Assembly (NCBI GenBank): GCA_965249485.1
Contig: OZ252239.1
Span: 224,001-288,000 of the forward strand
Direction: 5' to 3'
Length of the DNA stretch: 64,000 nucleotides
Source of the DNA: a bacterium
GTDB lineage: Bacteria; SM23-31
This document shows positions 10,490-20,939 of this stretch, piece after piece. Below the pieces are notes generated by a model. That model ran no database searches, was not told the DNA's origin, and saw nothing but the letters and a program-made list of their open reading frames with translations. Position numbers and translations under genes: made by a program. Numbering within the stretch: the stretch's first letter is position 1; every line of letters starts with the position of its first letter.

Positions 10490-12415
10490 TTATCCAAACA
10501 ACACATAACCGAAAATGAATATTGAGCCAAGTACAAAAATAACGAGATATTCCTGTGTATAGCCAGACTGTACCTTCCGCATTACACCCCCCACTTCGCG
10601 AAACGTGCGTGCAGTCCCATTGACCAGTCCGTCGACAATTTTAACATCAAAATATTTCCAAAGTATTTCTGATAAATTCATAAAAGGCTTTAAGACAATC
10701 ATCTGATAAATCTCATCAACATAATACTTATTCAGCACGACTCGGTAGAAAACTCCCGCTTTGCGTGCGAACCGTTCGGGGAGTTCCGGCTTCTGCATAT
10801 AGAGTCTGTACGCTAAATATACCCCTCCCGCCGCAATGATAATCGCCGATAACATCAGAATATACTCGATCGGACCGTGGTGAGCGGCTCCGCCACTCTG
10901 AATAACCTTTTGCGCTCCTGAAAACACCGGGTCGAGAAAATGTTCGAAATGGTTTCCCCCACCGAGTGACTGTGGTATACCAATCCAGCCAGCAATCACG
11001 GACAAACCTGCAAGAATGATCAAGGGAATTGTCATAACATTAGGTGACTCGTGGAGATGTTCGGCCGCTTCTTTTGTTACACGGGACTCCCCGAAAAACG
11101 TAAGAAAAAGTAGACGGAACATGTAAAAAGCTGTAATTCCCGCGGCAGCTGCACCTATTACCCAAAATAGTGTATCCCCCCGAGGGCTAGAAAACGCATA
11201 CCAGAGAATCTCATCCTTACTGAAAAATCCTGAAAGGAGTGGCACACCGCTGATCGCGAGTGTTGCTATCAGCATGGTCATATAAGTTTTCGGTAAATGG
11301 TTCTTCAGTCCGCCCATTTTCTGCATATCCTGCTCACCGGAGAGTGCATGGATAACACTGCCTGACCCCAAAAAGAGGAGCGCTTTGAAAAATGCGTGTG
11401 TCATCAGATGAAAAATTCCGGCGGCAAACGCACCAACACCGACTGCAAGAAACATATAGCCAAGCTGGCTGATAGTTGAGTAAGCGAGTACTTTTTTTAT
11501 GTCATTTTGGGCTAGGCCGATGGTTGCCGCAAATATTGCGGTCAGAGCACCTACAGACGCAACAACCATCATTGCGGTCGGAGCCAATGCATAGAGTATA
11601 CTGCTCCGCGCAACCATATAGACACCTGCCGTTACCATTGTTGCGGCATGAATGAGTGCACTCACCGGTGTGGGGCCAGCCATTGCATCGGGCAGCCACA
11701 CGAAGAGCGGGATCTGTGCTGATTTTCCGACTGCGCCCACAAAGAGAAGGAGTGTTATTGCAATCAGAGCAGGATCATTCAGCAGACCGGATGTTTCGGC
11801 ACGGCTGAACACCTCGCTGTAACTGAGACTGCCAAATACGCTGAAAATCATGAACATACCGAGCAGAAATCCGAAATCGCCGATACGGTTCACAATAAAT
11901 GCTTTTTTCCCGGCACTGGCTTTTTCGTTATCCTCATACCAGAATCCGATCAGCAGATAGGAACACAGTCCGACACCTTCCCATCCGATAAACATGAGCG
12001 GATAGCTGTCACCGAGAACGAGAATGAGCATCATAAGCACAAACAGATTCAGATAGGTGAAATAACGGGAATATCCCTTGTCACCGTGCATATAACCGAT
12101 GGAATAAATATGGATCAGGAAACTAACTCCCGACACGATTAATGCCATCACAGCCGACAGCTGATCGAACATTAGAGAAAACTCGATTTTGAATGCACCC
12201 GAATCGATCCAGGTGAATATCTCATGTTGGATAAGCCTATTTTCCACCGGGAGCGCGAGAAGCCGCATAAAAAAGTAACAGACAAACACAAATGATAAAC
12301 CTATTGCGCCACAACCGACAAATGATACTATTTTGTCAGGCAGCCGCTTGCCTATAAAGCCGTTTATCACTACGCCGATAATCGGGAAAAGTAATATGTA
12401 CCCTAAATAATCCAC
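10490..12415 (-). CDS. nuoL: NADH-quinone oxidoreductase subunit L
   Basis: GWEGVGLCSYLLIGF, GKSAQIPLFVWLPDAMAGPTPVSALIHAATMV, HLMTHAFFKALLF. Confidence 0.97.
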   Translation of the reverse strand: MDYLGYILLFPIIGVVINGFIGKRLPDKIVSFVGCGAIGLSFVFVCYFFMRLLALPVENRLIQHEIFTWIDSGAFKIEFSLMFDQLSAVMALIVSGVSFLIHIYSIGYMHGDKGYSRYFTYLNLFVLMMLILVLGDSYPLMFIGWEGVGLCSYLLIGFWYEDNEKASAGKKAFIVNRIGDFGFLLGMFMIFSVFGSLSYSEVFSRAETSGLLNDPALIAITLLLFVGAVGKSAQIPLFVWLPDAMAGPTPVSALIHAATMVTAGVYMVARSSILYALAPTAMMVVASVGALTAIFAATIGLAQNDIKKVLAYSTISQLGYMFLAVGVGAFAAGIFHLMTHAFFKALLFLGSGSVIHALSGEQDMQKMGGLKNHLPKTYMTMLIATLAISGVPLLSGFFSKDEILWYAFSSPRGDTLFWVIGAAAAGITAFYMFRLLFLTFFGESRVTKEAAEHLHESPNVMTIPLIILAGLSVIAGWIGIPQSLGGGNHFEHFLDPVFSGAQKVIQSGGAAHHGPIEYILMLSAIIIAAGGVYLAYRLYMQKPELPERFARKAGVFYRVVLNKYYVDEIYQMIVLKPFMNLSEILWKYFDVKIVDGLVNGTARTFREVGGVMRKVQSGYTQEYLVIFVLGSIFIFGYVLFG

Positions 12416-12458
12416 TCAATTCCTGTTAGATTCATAAAATAATTTGTACTCTTATTGA

Positions 12459-12764
12459 CTACCACTTCATGAGATTCAGGTCTTCTATGCGCGCGCTCTT
12501 TTTTATTCGGAATATCGCAATAATGAGCGCAAGCCCGACGACAACTTCTGCTGCGGCAACAACCATAACCATAAAAACAAATATCTGCCCGTCCAGCGAT
12601 TGCAGATGTGCGGAAAATGCTACAAAAACGATATTTACAGCGTTGAGCATCAGCTCAATCGACATAAACACGACAATCGCATTACGCTTGACAATCACCC
12701 CGAGAATACCAATGGTAAAAAGTATGCCACTGAGCAGTAAATAATATGGTAACGGTATCGTCAT
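12459..12764 (-). CDS. nuoK: NADH-quinone oxidoreductase subunit K
   Basis: [22 protein letters not shown]; start moved to ATG 12764 (MTIPL), just past the nuoJ stop. Confidence 0.95.
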   Translation of the reverse strand: MTIPLPYYLLLSGILFTIGILGVIVKRNAIVVFMSIELMLNAVNIVFVAFSAHLQSLDGQIFVFMVMVVAAAEVVVGLALIIAIFRIKKSARIEDLNLMKW

Positions 12765-12768
12765 AGTA

Positions 12769-13281
12769 TTAGTTGAGATTCCTTTTTGCAAGAATTACTG
12801 CTCCAATAATCGCCACGATCAGGAGAACAGAGGTGATTTCAAACGGGAGCAGAAAATTAGTAAACAACAGTTTGCCGACAAGCTTTGTGTTACCTTCCTG
12901 TGCGATTATATCGGCAGTAGCATCTCCGGATATACCGATAGAAGAACCCTTATTTATAAGATAGAACACTTCAATAAGAAAGAAGAGCGCCGCGCCGCAT
13001 CCGAGGACTTTTAACGGCATCAGTTTTTCAAACTTTCCCGCAAGCGCTTTGAGATTCAGGAGCATAACAACAAAGAGAAAGAGTACCATGATTGCCCCCG
13101 CGTACACCATTATCTGTATTGCAGCGAGGAAATGGGCATTCATCAGCACGAAGAGTCCCGCGACGCAAAACAGCGTCAGAATCAGGTAAAGCGCACTGTG
13201 TACCGGATTTCTGCTTACGACGACCATGAGGCCAGCAAGCACAGCACAGATACCAAATGCAAAGAAAAAAAGATATTCCAT
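12769..13281 (-). CDS. nuoJ: NADH-quinone oxidoreductase subunit J
   Basis: [32 protein letters not shown]. Confidence 0.95.
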   Translation of the reverse strand: MEYLFFFAFGICAVLAGLMVVVSRNPVHSALYLILTLFCVAGLFVLMNAHFLAAIQIMVYAGAIMVLFLFVVMLLNLKALAGKFEKLMPLKVLGCGAALFFLIEVFYLINKGSSIGISGDATADIIAQEGNTKLVGKLLFTNFLLPFEITSVLLIVAIIGAVILAKRNLN

Positions 13282-13363
13282 AACATTACCACTATGGTGT
13301 AACTACAGCATTCCTCTTTATTTGCAGAGGGGTAAATACGTCACACTTTTCTTTATCATTTTC

Positions 13364-14407
13364 TTATGCGACAAGCGCAACAACAATTCCCGAAACAAGT
13401 GCGTTGATTATCGCAAGCGGCAGAAGGATTTTCCAACCGATTGCCATTAATTGATTATATTTGAATCTGGGTAATGTCCAGCGCACCCAGATAAAAACAA
13501 CAATAAAAAATATTGTCTTTGCAGTAAATGCCAGGATTTGGAGTAATTGCAGCAGCCCATCCGGCATCGGTATATTTTCGATCCACGGCAAATGCCATCC
13601 CCCGAGAAAGAGAGTCGAAATCAATGCTGACATCGTGACCAGATTCATATATTCCGCAAGCAGGAACAGGGAAAATTTCATGCTGCTGTACTCGGTATGA
13701 TACCCGGCCACCAGTTCCTGCTCAGCTTCCGCCAAGTCGAACGGCAGACGGTTTGTCTCAGCAAAAGCGGCCGTTACAAACAGAAAAAATGCAAGAGGAT
13801 GGAGAAATAGATTCCATCCGGGAATAATTCCAAAGTACATTGTGTGCTGTTGGATAACAATATCGGGTAATTTCAGTGATCCAGCCGCAAGTACCAGCCC
13901 AATTACCGACATACCGAGTGTTAATTCGTAGCTGATCATCTGTGCCGAAGCACGGAGACCTCCGAAAAGAGAATATTTATTATTCGATGCCCATGCTCCG
14001 AGCACGATTCCGTAGACGCCGAGTGAAGAAATTGCAAAAATATAGAGAATACCGAAATCCAGGTTTGCGATCTGAAACACTATTTCCCGTCCTGCTATGA
14101 CAATTCTGTCTCCGAAAGGGATAACACCGAAGAGGAGAAAAGCAGGGATAAGAATAATTGCCGGAGCAAGTACAAAAACAACTTTATCACCACGTCCAAT
14201 AATGAGATCTTCTTTAAATATGAGTTTAAAGAGGTCAGCCAGTGGCTGCAGTAGTCCCTGTGGCCCGACCCGATTCGGACCGAGACGGTCCTGAATAAAT
14301 CCGGAGAACCGCCGTTCCGCAAGGATCGACAAAGCAGCGCCGGTCATTAATACGCCGACAACCACTGCTACTTTTGCTATTGCAATTATGAGATCTACCG
14401 TTTCCAT
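13364..14407 (-). CDS. nuoH: NADH-quinone oxidoreductase subunit H
   Basis: QDRLGPNRVG, AETNRLPFDLAEAEQELVAGYHTEYS, WTLPRFKYNQL. Confidence 0.97.
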   Translation of the reverse strand: METVDLIIAIAKVAVVVGVLMTGAALSILAERRFSGFIQDRLGPNRVGPQGLLQPLADLFKLIFKEDLIIGRGDKVVFVLAPAIILIPAFLLFGVIPFGDRIVIAGREIVFQIANLDFGILYIFAISSLGVYGIVLGAWASNNKYSLFGGLRASAQMISYELTLGMSVIGLVLAAGSLKLPDIVIQQHTMYFGIIPGWNLFLHPLAFFLFVTAAFAETNRLPFDLAEAEQELVAGYHTEYSSMKFSLFLLAEYMNLVTMSALISTLFLGGWHLPWIENIPMPDGLLQLLQILAFTAKTIFFIVVFIWVRWTLPRFKYNQLMAIGWKILLPLAIINALVSGIVVALVA

Positions 14408-14484
14408 AATTATTACATCAAAACTCTCAGTAAAACTTTAAGCATCGTTATTAATCTAGGTTGAAGACAAAATATTAAAAGTGC

Positions 14485-16092
14485 TCAATCTACAGATTCA
14501 CCAATTCTTTCTCGCTCAAATAGGAGTTTGCCAGCTTTGTCAATCTTGAAATGTGATAATCCTTCAAGTTCAGGATATTGTTTAGCCATTTTCAGAAACA
14601 CTTCGCTTTCCGAGAACCATTGGAGCTGCTGTTTCTGAAGAGCGGCCAATTGCTTTACGATGTTCCAAGTTGCCCTGGTACCTTCCGGTGCATTGATGGC
14701 CTGCTGAACAACCTGAAGCCTTTTTTGGAAATTGACGAATGTCCCCGATTTTTCGTAATATTTTCTTCCCGGCAGTACGACATCGGCAATCTGAGCGAGC
14801 GGCGACATAACAATATCTTCGACCACTAAAAACGGTACAGCTCTCAGGATCTCCATTGTCCTTGCAGGTACTGTGCTCGTGTCGTTATGTATGTAATATA
14901 CCATTTTTATGTCGCCTGACTCTATCAGCCTGAGCACAGATTCACCGTTATAATCAAACTCGTCCAGTCCAAGCAGGAATTTCAGGCCTTCCTGATTCGG
15001 AAGTTTATCCCCCTTAATAACAAATCCACCTTTGAATTCCTGATCCTCAACCGATGGTAATTGAAACACTCCGGTAGCTACCGAGGAATTAGCAGTGTAT
15101 TTCAGCAACTCCATAATCACATACGCATCTTCATTCGGTGCACCGGGAGAGATTAGCCCGGCAACCGAATCTTTTGTTTTCTGAACATTACGTATACCAT
15201 CGACGACTGCCTGAAGCGCTTCATCCCACGAAGTATCCACAAGCGACTCGTTTTCTCTGATATGGGGAATCGTCATGCGGTTCAGAGCAGAATATCTTTT
15301 ATGCGCGTATCTGCCAGTATCACAAATCCAATCGCCATTCACGTCGGCGTTGACTCTCGGTACAATCCTGAAAATATCATCATGAAATGAATCAATCGAG
15401 ATATTACAACCAGCACTACACTCACCACAGACAGAAGGAGTTCTGGACAAGTGCCAAACTCTGGTCTTATGGATAAAGTTTTTGTCAAGCAGAGCACCGA
15501 CCGGACATATATCGACAACGTTTCCGGCAAGAGGGTGATCGAGTTCCTGTCCAATTCCTATCGCAATCTCATTATGCGATCCCCGGTTAATTACACTGAG
15601 CTGAGCATCTCCTGCAATTTCATCCATAAACCGGACACACCGTGAACAGAGGATACACCGGGTTGTGGCAAGTTTGATGTTGTCACCGAAATCTTTAAAC
15701 GGAGGAACACGCTTCGGCTCATCAAATCTGCTATGTCCGGTACCGTGTTCAAATGAGTAGTTCTGAAGATGGCATTCTCCCGCTTTGTCGCACTCAGGGC
15801 AATCGATCGGATGGTTCAGAAGTAAAAATTCCAGAACATCTTTCCGAGCCTTCTCAACTCTTTCAGATTTTGTATGGACGACCATACCATCACCAACCGG
15901 CGATCCACAAGCTATCATTAACCTCGGAACACCTTCGACCTCTATGAGACAAAGGCGGCAGCTTCCCGCTATTGACAAAGCAGAATGGTAGCAATAGTGC
16001 GGGATGTCAATACCGAGTTTCTCAGCGGCCTGAATTATTGTGGTACCACGTTCGACCGCTATTTCTTTTTTATCTATTGTAACGGTAATCAT
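14485..16092 (-). CDS. nuoG: NADH-quinone oxidoreductase subunit G (short, ~535 aa)
   Basis: N1b CYH...GSCRLC, N5 HPIDCPECDKAGEC, N4 CILCSRC...CPVGAL and N7-type CGECSAGC...WIC motifs; likely start MITVTID at 16092. Confidence 0.92.
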   Translation of the reverse strand: MITVTIDKKEIAVERGTTIIQAAEKLGIDIPHYCYHSALSIAGSCRLCLIEVEGVPRLMIACGSPVGDGMVVHTKSERVEKARKDVLEFLLLNHPIDCPECDKAGECHLQNYSFEHGTGHSRFDEPKRVPPFKDFGDNIKLATTRCILCSRCVRFMDEIAGDAQLSVINRGSHNEIAIGIGQELDHPLAGNVVDICPVGALLDKNFIHKTRVWHLSRTPSVCGECSAGCNISIDSFHDDIFRIVPRVNADVNGDWICDTGRYAHKRYSALNRMTIPHIRENESLVDTSWDEALQAVVDGIRNVQKTKDSVAGLISPGAPNEDAYVIMELLKYTANSSVATGVFQLPSVEDQEFKGGFVIKGDKLPNQEGLKFLLGLDEFDYNGESVLRLIESGDIKMVYYIHNDTSTVPARTMEILRAVPFLVVEDIVMSPLAQIADVVLPGRKYYEKSGTFVNFQKRLQVVQQAINAPEGTRATWNIVKQLAALQKQQLQWFSESEVFLKMAKQYPELEGLSHFKIDKAGKLLFERERIGESVD

Positions 16093-16238
16093 TTTATTGC
16101 TTTTCGACAAGTTCGTTGCAAGTTCGTTGAATGAATAAACATTTGGATTGCAATGTCTCGACTCGCACCCATCTTTGGGAGCTACGCTCGACATGACATT
16201 AATAATCAGTAATCAATAACGACATTCTTCAATAACAA

Positions 16239-17510
16239 TCATGCGGCGACAGTACACTTTTTTTCAAGAATGTGCGCTTCGAATTCGCTTCTGAATTTTG
16301 TTGCGAACGCACGTACAGGCCACGAACCTGCTTCACCGAATGCACAGATGGTACGCCCTTCGATATTGTTTGTGATCTCAAGGAGCATATCGACATCACC
16401 TTCATTACCTTTGCCATGTTCAATTCTATCGAGAATCATTTTCATCCAGGGCATACCCTCTCTACACGGGGTACATTGACCGCACGATTCGTGCGCAAAA
16501 AATTTCGACAGGTTCAAACATGCGTTGACCATACAAACTGTTTCATCCATGACCATGACGCCAGCTGATCCGAGATGTGACCCAACCTTGGGAAGCGAAT
16601 CATAATCCATATTCACATCAATTTCGTCTGCGGTCAACACCGGCATAGACGCTCCACCGGGAATGACAGCCTTTAGCTTTTTGTCATCTTTAATTCCGCC
16701 AGCATGCTTATAAATCAACTCACGCAGTGAGATTCCCATTGGGAATTCGAAGAGTCCCGGCTTTTTAACGTGGCCGCTGACACAGTAAATTTTCGTTCCG
16801 GCACCTCGTTCAACACCGATTGCGGAAAATGCCGCCGCTCCATTATTAATTATGAATGGCACATTTGATAACGTTTCGACGTTGTTTACAACAGTTGGAC
16901 TTCCGAATACACCTTCCACTGCGGGAAAGGGCGGTTTGGTACGGGGCCAGCCGCGTTTGCCTTCAAGCGACTCTATCAGACCGGTTTCCTCACCACAAAT
17001 ATATGCACCGGCACCGCGATGAACATAGATTCTGAGATTGAAACCGGAACCGAGAATATTATCTCCCAGCAGTCCGGCATCCTCTGCCTCTTTGATTGCA
17101 TGCCCAAGAATTAGTGCTTCGTGGTAAAACTCCCCACGTATATATATATATGAAATATTCGACTTTATGGCGTAGGCAGCAATCATCATCCCTTCGAGTG
17201 TGAGATGAGGATCGCGCGTCATGATTGCTCTATCTTTAAATGTTCCCGGTTCGCTCTCATCTGCATTATTGATAAGATAGCGGGCTTTCGGCGTGTCTTT
17301 CGGGACAAATCCCCATTTCATCCCACAGGGAAATCCCGCACCGCCTCTGCCTCGCAACCCGGAGTTCTTTACCTCTTCGATTACATCGTCACTTGACATC
17401 TCTTTGAGCACTTTTGTAAAAGCGGTATATCCCCCAGCAGTACGGTAGTCACCGATGTTACCAGTGTATCCGGGAATATCCATATTTTTCATGAGGATTT
17501 TATCAGCCAT
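16239..17510 (-). CDS. nuoF: NADH-quinone oxidoreductase subunit F
   Basis: GLRGRGGAGFP, NADESEPGTFKDR, GAGAYICGEET, HESCGQCTPCREG; likely start MADKIL at 17510. Confidence 0.97.
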   Translation of the reverse strand: MADKILMKNMDIPGYTGNIGDYRTAGGYTAFTKVLKEMSSDDVIEEVKNSGLRGRGGAGFPCGMKWGFVPKDTPKARYLINNADESEPGTFKDRAIMTRDPHLTLEGMMIAAYAIKSNISYIYIRGEFYHEALILGHAIKEAEDAGLLGDNILGSGFNLRIYVHRGAGAYICGEETGLIESLEGKRGWPRTKPPFPAVEGVFGSPTVVNNVETLSNVPFIINNGAAAFSAIGVERGAGTKIYCVSGHVKKPGLFEFPMGISLRELIYKHAGGIKDDKKLKAVIPGGASMPVLTADEIDVNMDYDSLPKVGSHLGSAGVMVMDETVCMVNACLNLSKFFAHESCGQCTPCREGMPWMKMILDRIEHGKGNEGDVDMLLEITNNIEGRTICAFGEAGSWPVRAFATKFRSEFEAHILEKKCTVAA

Positions 17511-17628
17511 ACTCACTATTGCTCTATTTTCATAAATGACCAACTTTGACATTCAAGATACTGAAATAAATTCAGTATGACATGAACAGTTAATAACTGT
17601 GCATAATAGTATGATTTAATACCACACG

Positions 17629-18111
17629 TTATCTCTGATTTGCGAGTTTGTCGATTACTTCGTCAAATTTTTCAGGAGTCATATTTTCATAATAATCGTC
17701 ATTGATACGAACAATGGGTGCTGTACCGCATGCTCCAAGACATTCGACTTTAATCAGTGAGAATTTATTATTCACTGTTGTTTCTCCGGGACCTATACCA
17801 AGTTTCTGCTCAATGTGATCCACTAATGAAGCCGCCCCAATCAGTGAACATGACAGCGTATGACACACTTGAATAACATACCTGCCCATTTCCTTGCGGT
17901 AGAACATGGTGTAAAACGTTACAACATCGTACATCTCTGCGGGAGTCAGTTCAAGGAGTTCGGCAATGTAGTCGACCATTTCATCCGAAACATACCCGAA
18001 ATCCCGTTGTGCAAGATAGAGTGTAGGTATCGATGCTGCCCGTTTTGACGGATACCGGGACAGGATATCTTCAAGTTCGATAAGTGTTTCTTGTGAGAAT
18101 GCAACAGCCAT
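17629..18111 (-). CDS. nuoE: NADH-quinone oxidoreductase subunit E
   Basis: VTFYTMF, CHTLSC and ECLGACGTAP 2Fe-2S motifs. Confidence 0.95.
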   Translation of the reverse strand: MAVAFSQETLIELEDILSRYPSKRAASIPTLYLAQRDFGYVSDEMVDYIAELLELTPAEMYDVVTFYTMFYRKEMGRYVIQVCHTLSCSLIGAASLVDHIEQKLGIGPGETTVNNKFSLIKVECLGACGTAPIVRINDDYYENMTPEKFDEVIDKLANQR

Positions 18112-18130
18112 ATAGAGTGTAAATTAAAAT

Positions 18131-19345
18131 TTATCGGTCTAATTCGCCAGCGATAATATTTAGGCTCCCCAGCACCGCAACGGCATCGGAAAGCATTTTT
18201 CCTTCGAGCATCATCGAAAATACTTGAAAATTCATCAGGCTCGGAGGTCTGACACGGAGACGGTACGGATGGTTTGAACCATCGCTCACGATATAAAACC
18301 CGAGCTCACCGTTCGGTGATTCGGTAGCCATATAAATTTCACCGACCGGAGGACGTATTCCTTTATGTTCCATTGTTATCATAAAATGATGGATAAGCTC
18401 TTCAATGTTTTTATACACATCATCTTTTTCCGGTAGAATTGTTTTAGGATCATCTATATTGATTTTTCCTTCGGGCAGGTTGTCGATAACTTGTTTCACA
18501 ATTTTCAGCGATTCTTCCAACTCAATCATCCTTACCCAAAACCGGTCATAGGCATCGCCTTTATCACCGACGGGAATGTCGAATTCCAAATCTTCATAGC
18601 AGAGGTACGGTTCGTTTTTCCTCAAATCCCAGGGAACACCTGAACCGCGGAGACAGGGGCCTGTTAATCCATGATTTATCGCCTCCTCACCGTCAATGAC
18701 TCCAATTCCTCTCGTCCTGCCGATAAATATCTTATTTTTTGACAACAGCGTGTCAACCTCTTTGATGACTTTGGGAAATTGGCTGATAAACGATTTGATC
18801 TCAGGGAAAAATTCATCCGGCAGGTCCCGCATCATACCCCCGACACGGGTGTAGCTCGTGGTTAGCCGGGTACCGCATGCAATTTTAAAGAGATCATAAA
18901 GCCGTTCTCTTTGTTCAAATAAATAGAGAAATGCAGTAAAAGCGCCGAGATCGAGCGCCGCAGTACCGATACTGACAAGGTGATCGGCAATACGCGAGAG
19001 CTCCGACATTAGCACACGAACAGCCACACACCGTTTGGTTATTTCTATATCGAAGAGTTTTTCACACGCTAGCGCAAATCCGATGTTGTTGTTGAGTGGA
19101 GAAAGATAATTCAACCTGTCGGACAGTGCAATGAACTGGTTGTAATTCAGATGCTCCGCTAATTTTTCAAAACCGGTATGGAGATAGCCGACGTGAGGAA
19201 TTGCCTTGATAACTGTTTCGCCGTCGAGCACCATTTCTATCCGAAGCGTACCATGGGTCGCAGGATGCTGTGGTCCCATATTGAGTGTTACCCGGTCAGT
19301 CTCAAGACCACTCAGTTCGGAGTTTCCTACCTGTGTTTCCAGCAT
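18131..19345 (-). CDS. nuoD: NADH-quinone oxidoreductase subunit D
   Basis: NMGPQHPATHGTLR, DRLNY, ESPNGELGFY, C-terminal GELDR; no NiFe CxxC ligands. Confidence 0.96.
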   Translation of the reverse strand: MLETQVGNSELSGLETDRVTLNMGPQHPATHGTLRIEMVLDGETVIKAIPHVGYLHTGFEKLAEHLNYNQFIALSDRLNYLSPLNNNIGFALACEKLFDIEITKRCVAVRVLMSELSRIADHLVSIGTAALDLGAFTAFLYLFEQRERLYDLFKIACGTRLTTSYTRVGGMMRDLPDEFFPEIKSFISQFPKVIKEVDTLLSKNKIFIGRTRGIGVIDGEEAINHGLTGPCLRGSGVPWDLRKNEPYLCYEDLEFDIPVGDKGDAYDRFWVRMIELEESLKIVKQVIDNLPEGKINIDDPKTILPEKDDVYKNIEELIHHFMITMEHKGIRPPVGEIYMATESPNGELGFYIVSDGSNHPYRLRVRPPSLMNFQVFSMMLEGKMLSDAVAVLGSLNIIAGELDR

Positions 19346-19411
19346 TATCTATCTCAATTATAAGATCTTTTGCATATATCGATTAGGTATTCTCAAGTAT
19401 ACGAATTAAAT

Positions 19412-19918
19412 TTAATCGTTCTTGAGGTCAGGAAAATTACTTCTGTACCCTTCCCCTTGGACAGGGTAGTCCTTTCTAAGAGGAAAACCAGAGAAATCGT
19501 CCGGCAGGAGTAGTTTTCTCGGATCGGGATGTCCGGTAAATGACAGACCGAATAACTCAGCTGCTTCACGTTCCATCCAGTTGGCGGTCTTCCACAACGG
19601 CACCATAGTAGGAATGTTCATATCGTCTTCAGGAATCCATGCTTTTACCCGCAATCGGCGGAAATAGGTGTGAGAATAGAGATGATATACAACGACAAAC
19701 CGTTCATCACCGCCCACCTTCAGACAATCCACCACAGTAATATCAACAAGATAATCGAAAACGGAATCGTTCGTTTTTTTGAGATACTGCATGATTTCAA
19801 AGATTTCAGTTTTTTTTACGTGAACAGTAGTTTCACCGCAAAATTCTTCACTACGTAGAAAAGAGTCTGGGAACTGGCTGGCGAGCTTAGTTATGAATGT
19901 GTATTCTTCTTCCGGCAT
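19412..19918 (-). CDS. nuoC: NADH-quinone oxidoreductase subunit C
   Basis: ANWMEREAAELFGLSFTGHPDPRKLL...FPLRKDYP. Confidence 0.95.
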   Translation of the reverse strand: MPEEEYTFITKLASQFPDSFLRSEEFCGETTVHVKKTEIFEIMQYLKKTNDSVFDYLVDITVVDCLKVGGDERFVVVYHLYSHTYFRRLRVKAWIPEDDMNIPTMVPLWKTANWMEREAAELFGLSFTGHPDPRKLLLPDDFSGFPLRKDYPVQGEGYRSNFPDLKND

Positions 19919-19970
19919 ATCGGTTCAAAACATTATTTTTTCACACAAGCAGGTAAACAGGCGGGGGAAA

Positions 19971-20336
19971 TCAATCCCACTCGAAAGCACCTTTTTTCAA
20001 CAAATAGAAATAACCGAACAATAAGAGACCAATAAAGGCTGCCATCTCGTATAGAATAAAATCCCCTAAAGAAAGAAGGTCTTTAAAGACAACTGCCCAT
20101 GGAAATAAAAAGACAGCTTCAATGTCAAATATAATAAAGAGCATTGCAAGCAGATAAAACTTAACATTAAAACGAAACCGCGCATCTCCAACAGGATCGA
20201 TACCTGACTCATACGGAATGTCTTTGACAGGATCATATTTTCGGGGGCCAAAAAAATGTGATATAACTAAAATAATACCTGCAAATCCAATTCCTGCCGC
20301 AGCTAGAATCAATACAGGTATATAATCTAAAGTCAT
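19971..20336 (-). CDS. nuoA: NADH-quinone oxidoreductase subunit A
   Basis: PYESG, FIIFDIEAVFLFPWA, KKGAFEWD. Confidence 0.96.
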   Translation of the reverse strand: MTLDYIPVLILAAAGIGFAGIILVISHFFGPRKYDPVKDIPYESGIDPVGDARFRFNVKFYLLAMLFIIFDIEAVFLFPWAVVFKDLLSLGDFILYEMAAFIGLLLFGYFYLLKKGAFEWD

Positions 20337-20739
20337 TCCGTTTTCTCACACGTCAAAAAACAATATATGCTCTAATTTATACTGGAACTCACAATACTGA
20401 AAATATGGTATTTTAGCAAGCGAAAAATTTAGAGAATGACATTCTTACCTCCCGTTACTCCAGCACGACACAGGCACATTATTACACGAAAATCAGAACG
20501 TGATCATGTGACAGAAAAACCCTGAAAATCGCTGCAATCTCCTGATCTTCCAAACGTGATTTCTGCAATATCTATAATCTGCGATAGTTTACCGAACTCC
20601 GAAACAAGACCGGATTTTTCAAAATTTAGTAATTTTTTTCTCAAAATTAAGAGCACAACTCTCAATACATCCATGTGCATATGACACTGTTCTTCTTAAA
20701 TCCACTGATATTTCCTTCATTTATTAGTCCAAGTTACTG

Positions 20740-20754
20740 TGGCATTGTTTTTGC
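20740..20754 (+). promoter_or_regulatory. Putative sigma54 (-24/-12) promoter
   Basis: TGGCATTGTTTTTGC fits TGGCAC-N5-TTGC with exact GG-N10-GC spacing, ~185 nt upstream of the multiheme gene. Confidence 0.55.
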
Positions 20755-20795
20755 CAAATAAAGTCAATGAGAATCATAAGCACATATATTTTAAA

Positions 20796-20813
20796 TTGTG
20801 GATTCTTTCACAT
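20796..20813. promoter_or_regulatory. Putative Rex/CRP-type operator
   Basis: TTGTGGATTCTTTCACAT vs Rex consensus TTGTGAA-N4-TTCACAA (2 mismatches), flanked by TTAAA/TTAA. Confidence 0.45.
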
Positions 20814-20939
20814 TTAACATTGTTGTCACCTCGTTCTTCGAAAGAGTTTTATGAACAACCTTATAAATTCCCATTAATGTAAAATCAATTTCGCATTGAA
20901 AAGGAATGTGAAATATTACTTGTTTGAAAGGAGAAGTAT

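Noticed and set aside
18131..19345. NuoD as a group 4 NiFe hydrogenase large subunit, which might explain the odd operon
   Set aside because: It lacks both CxxC Ni-binding motifs and retains complex I quinone-site residues.
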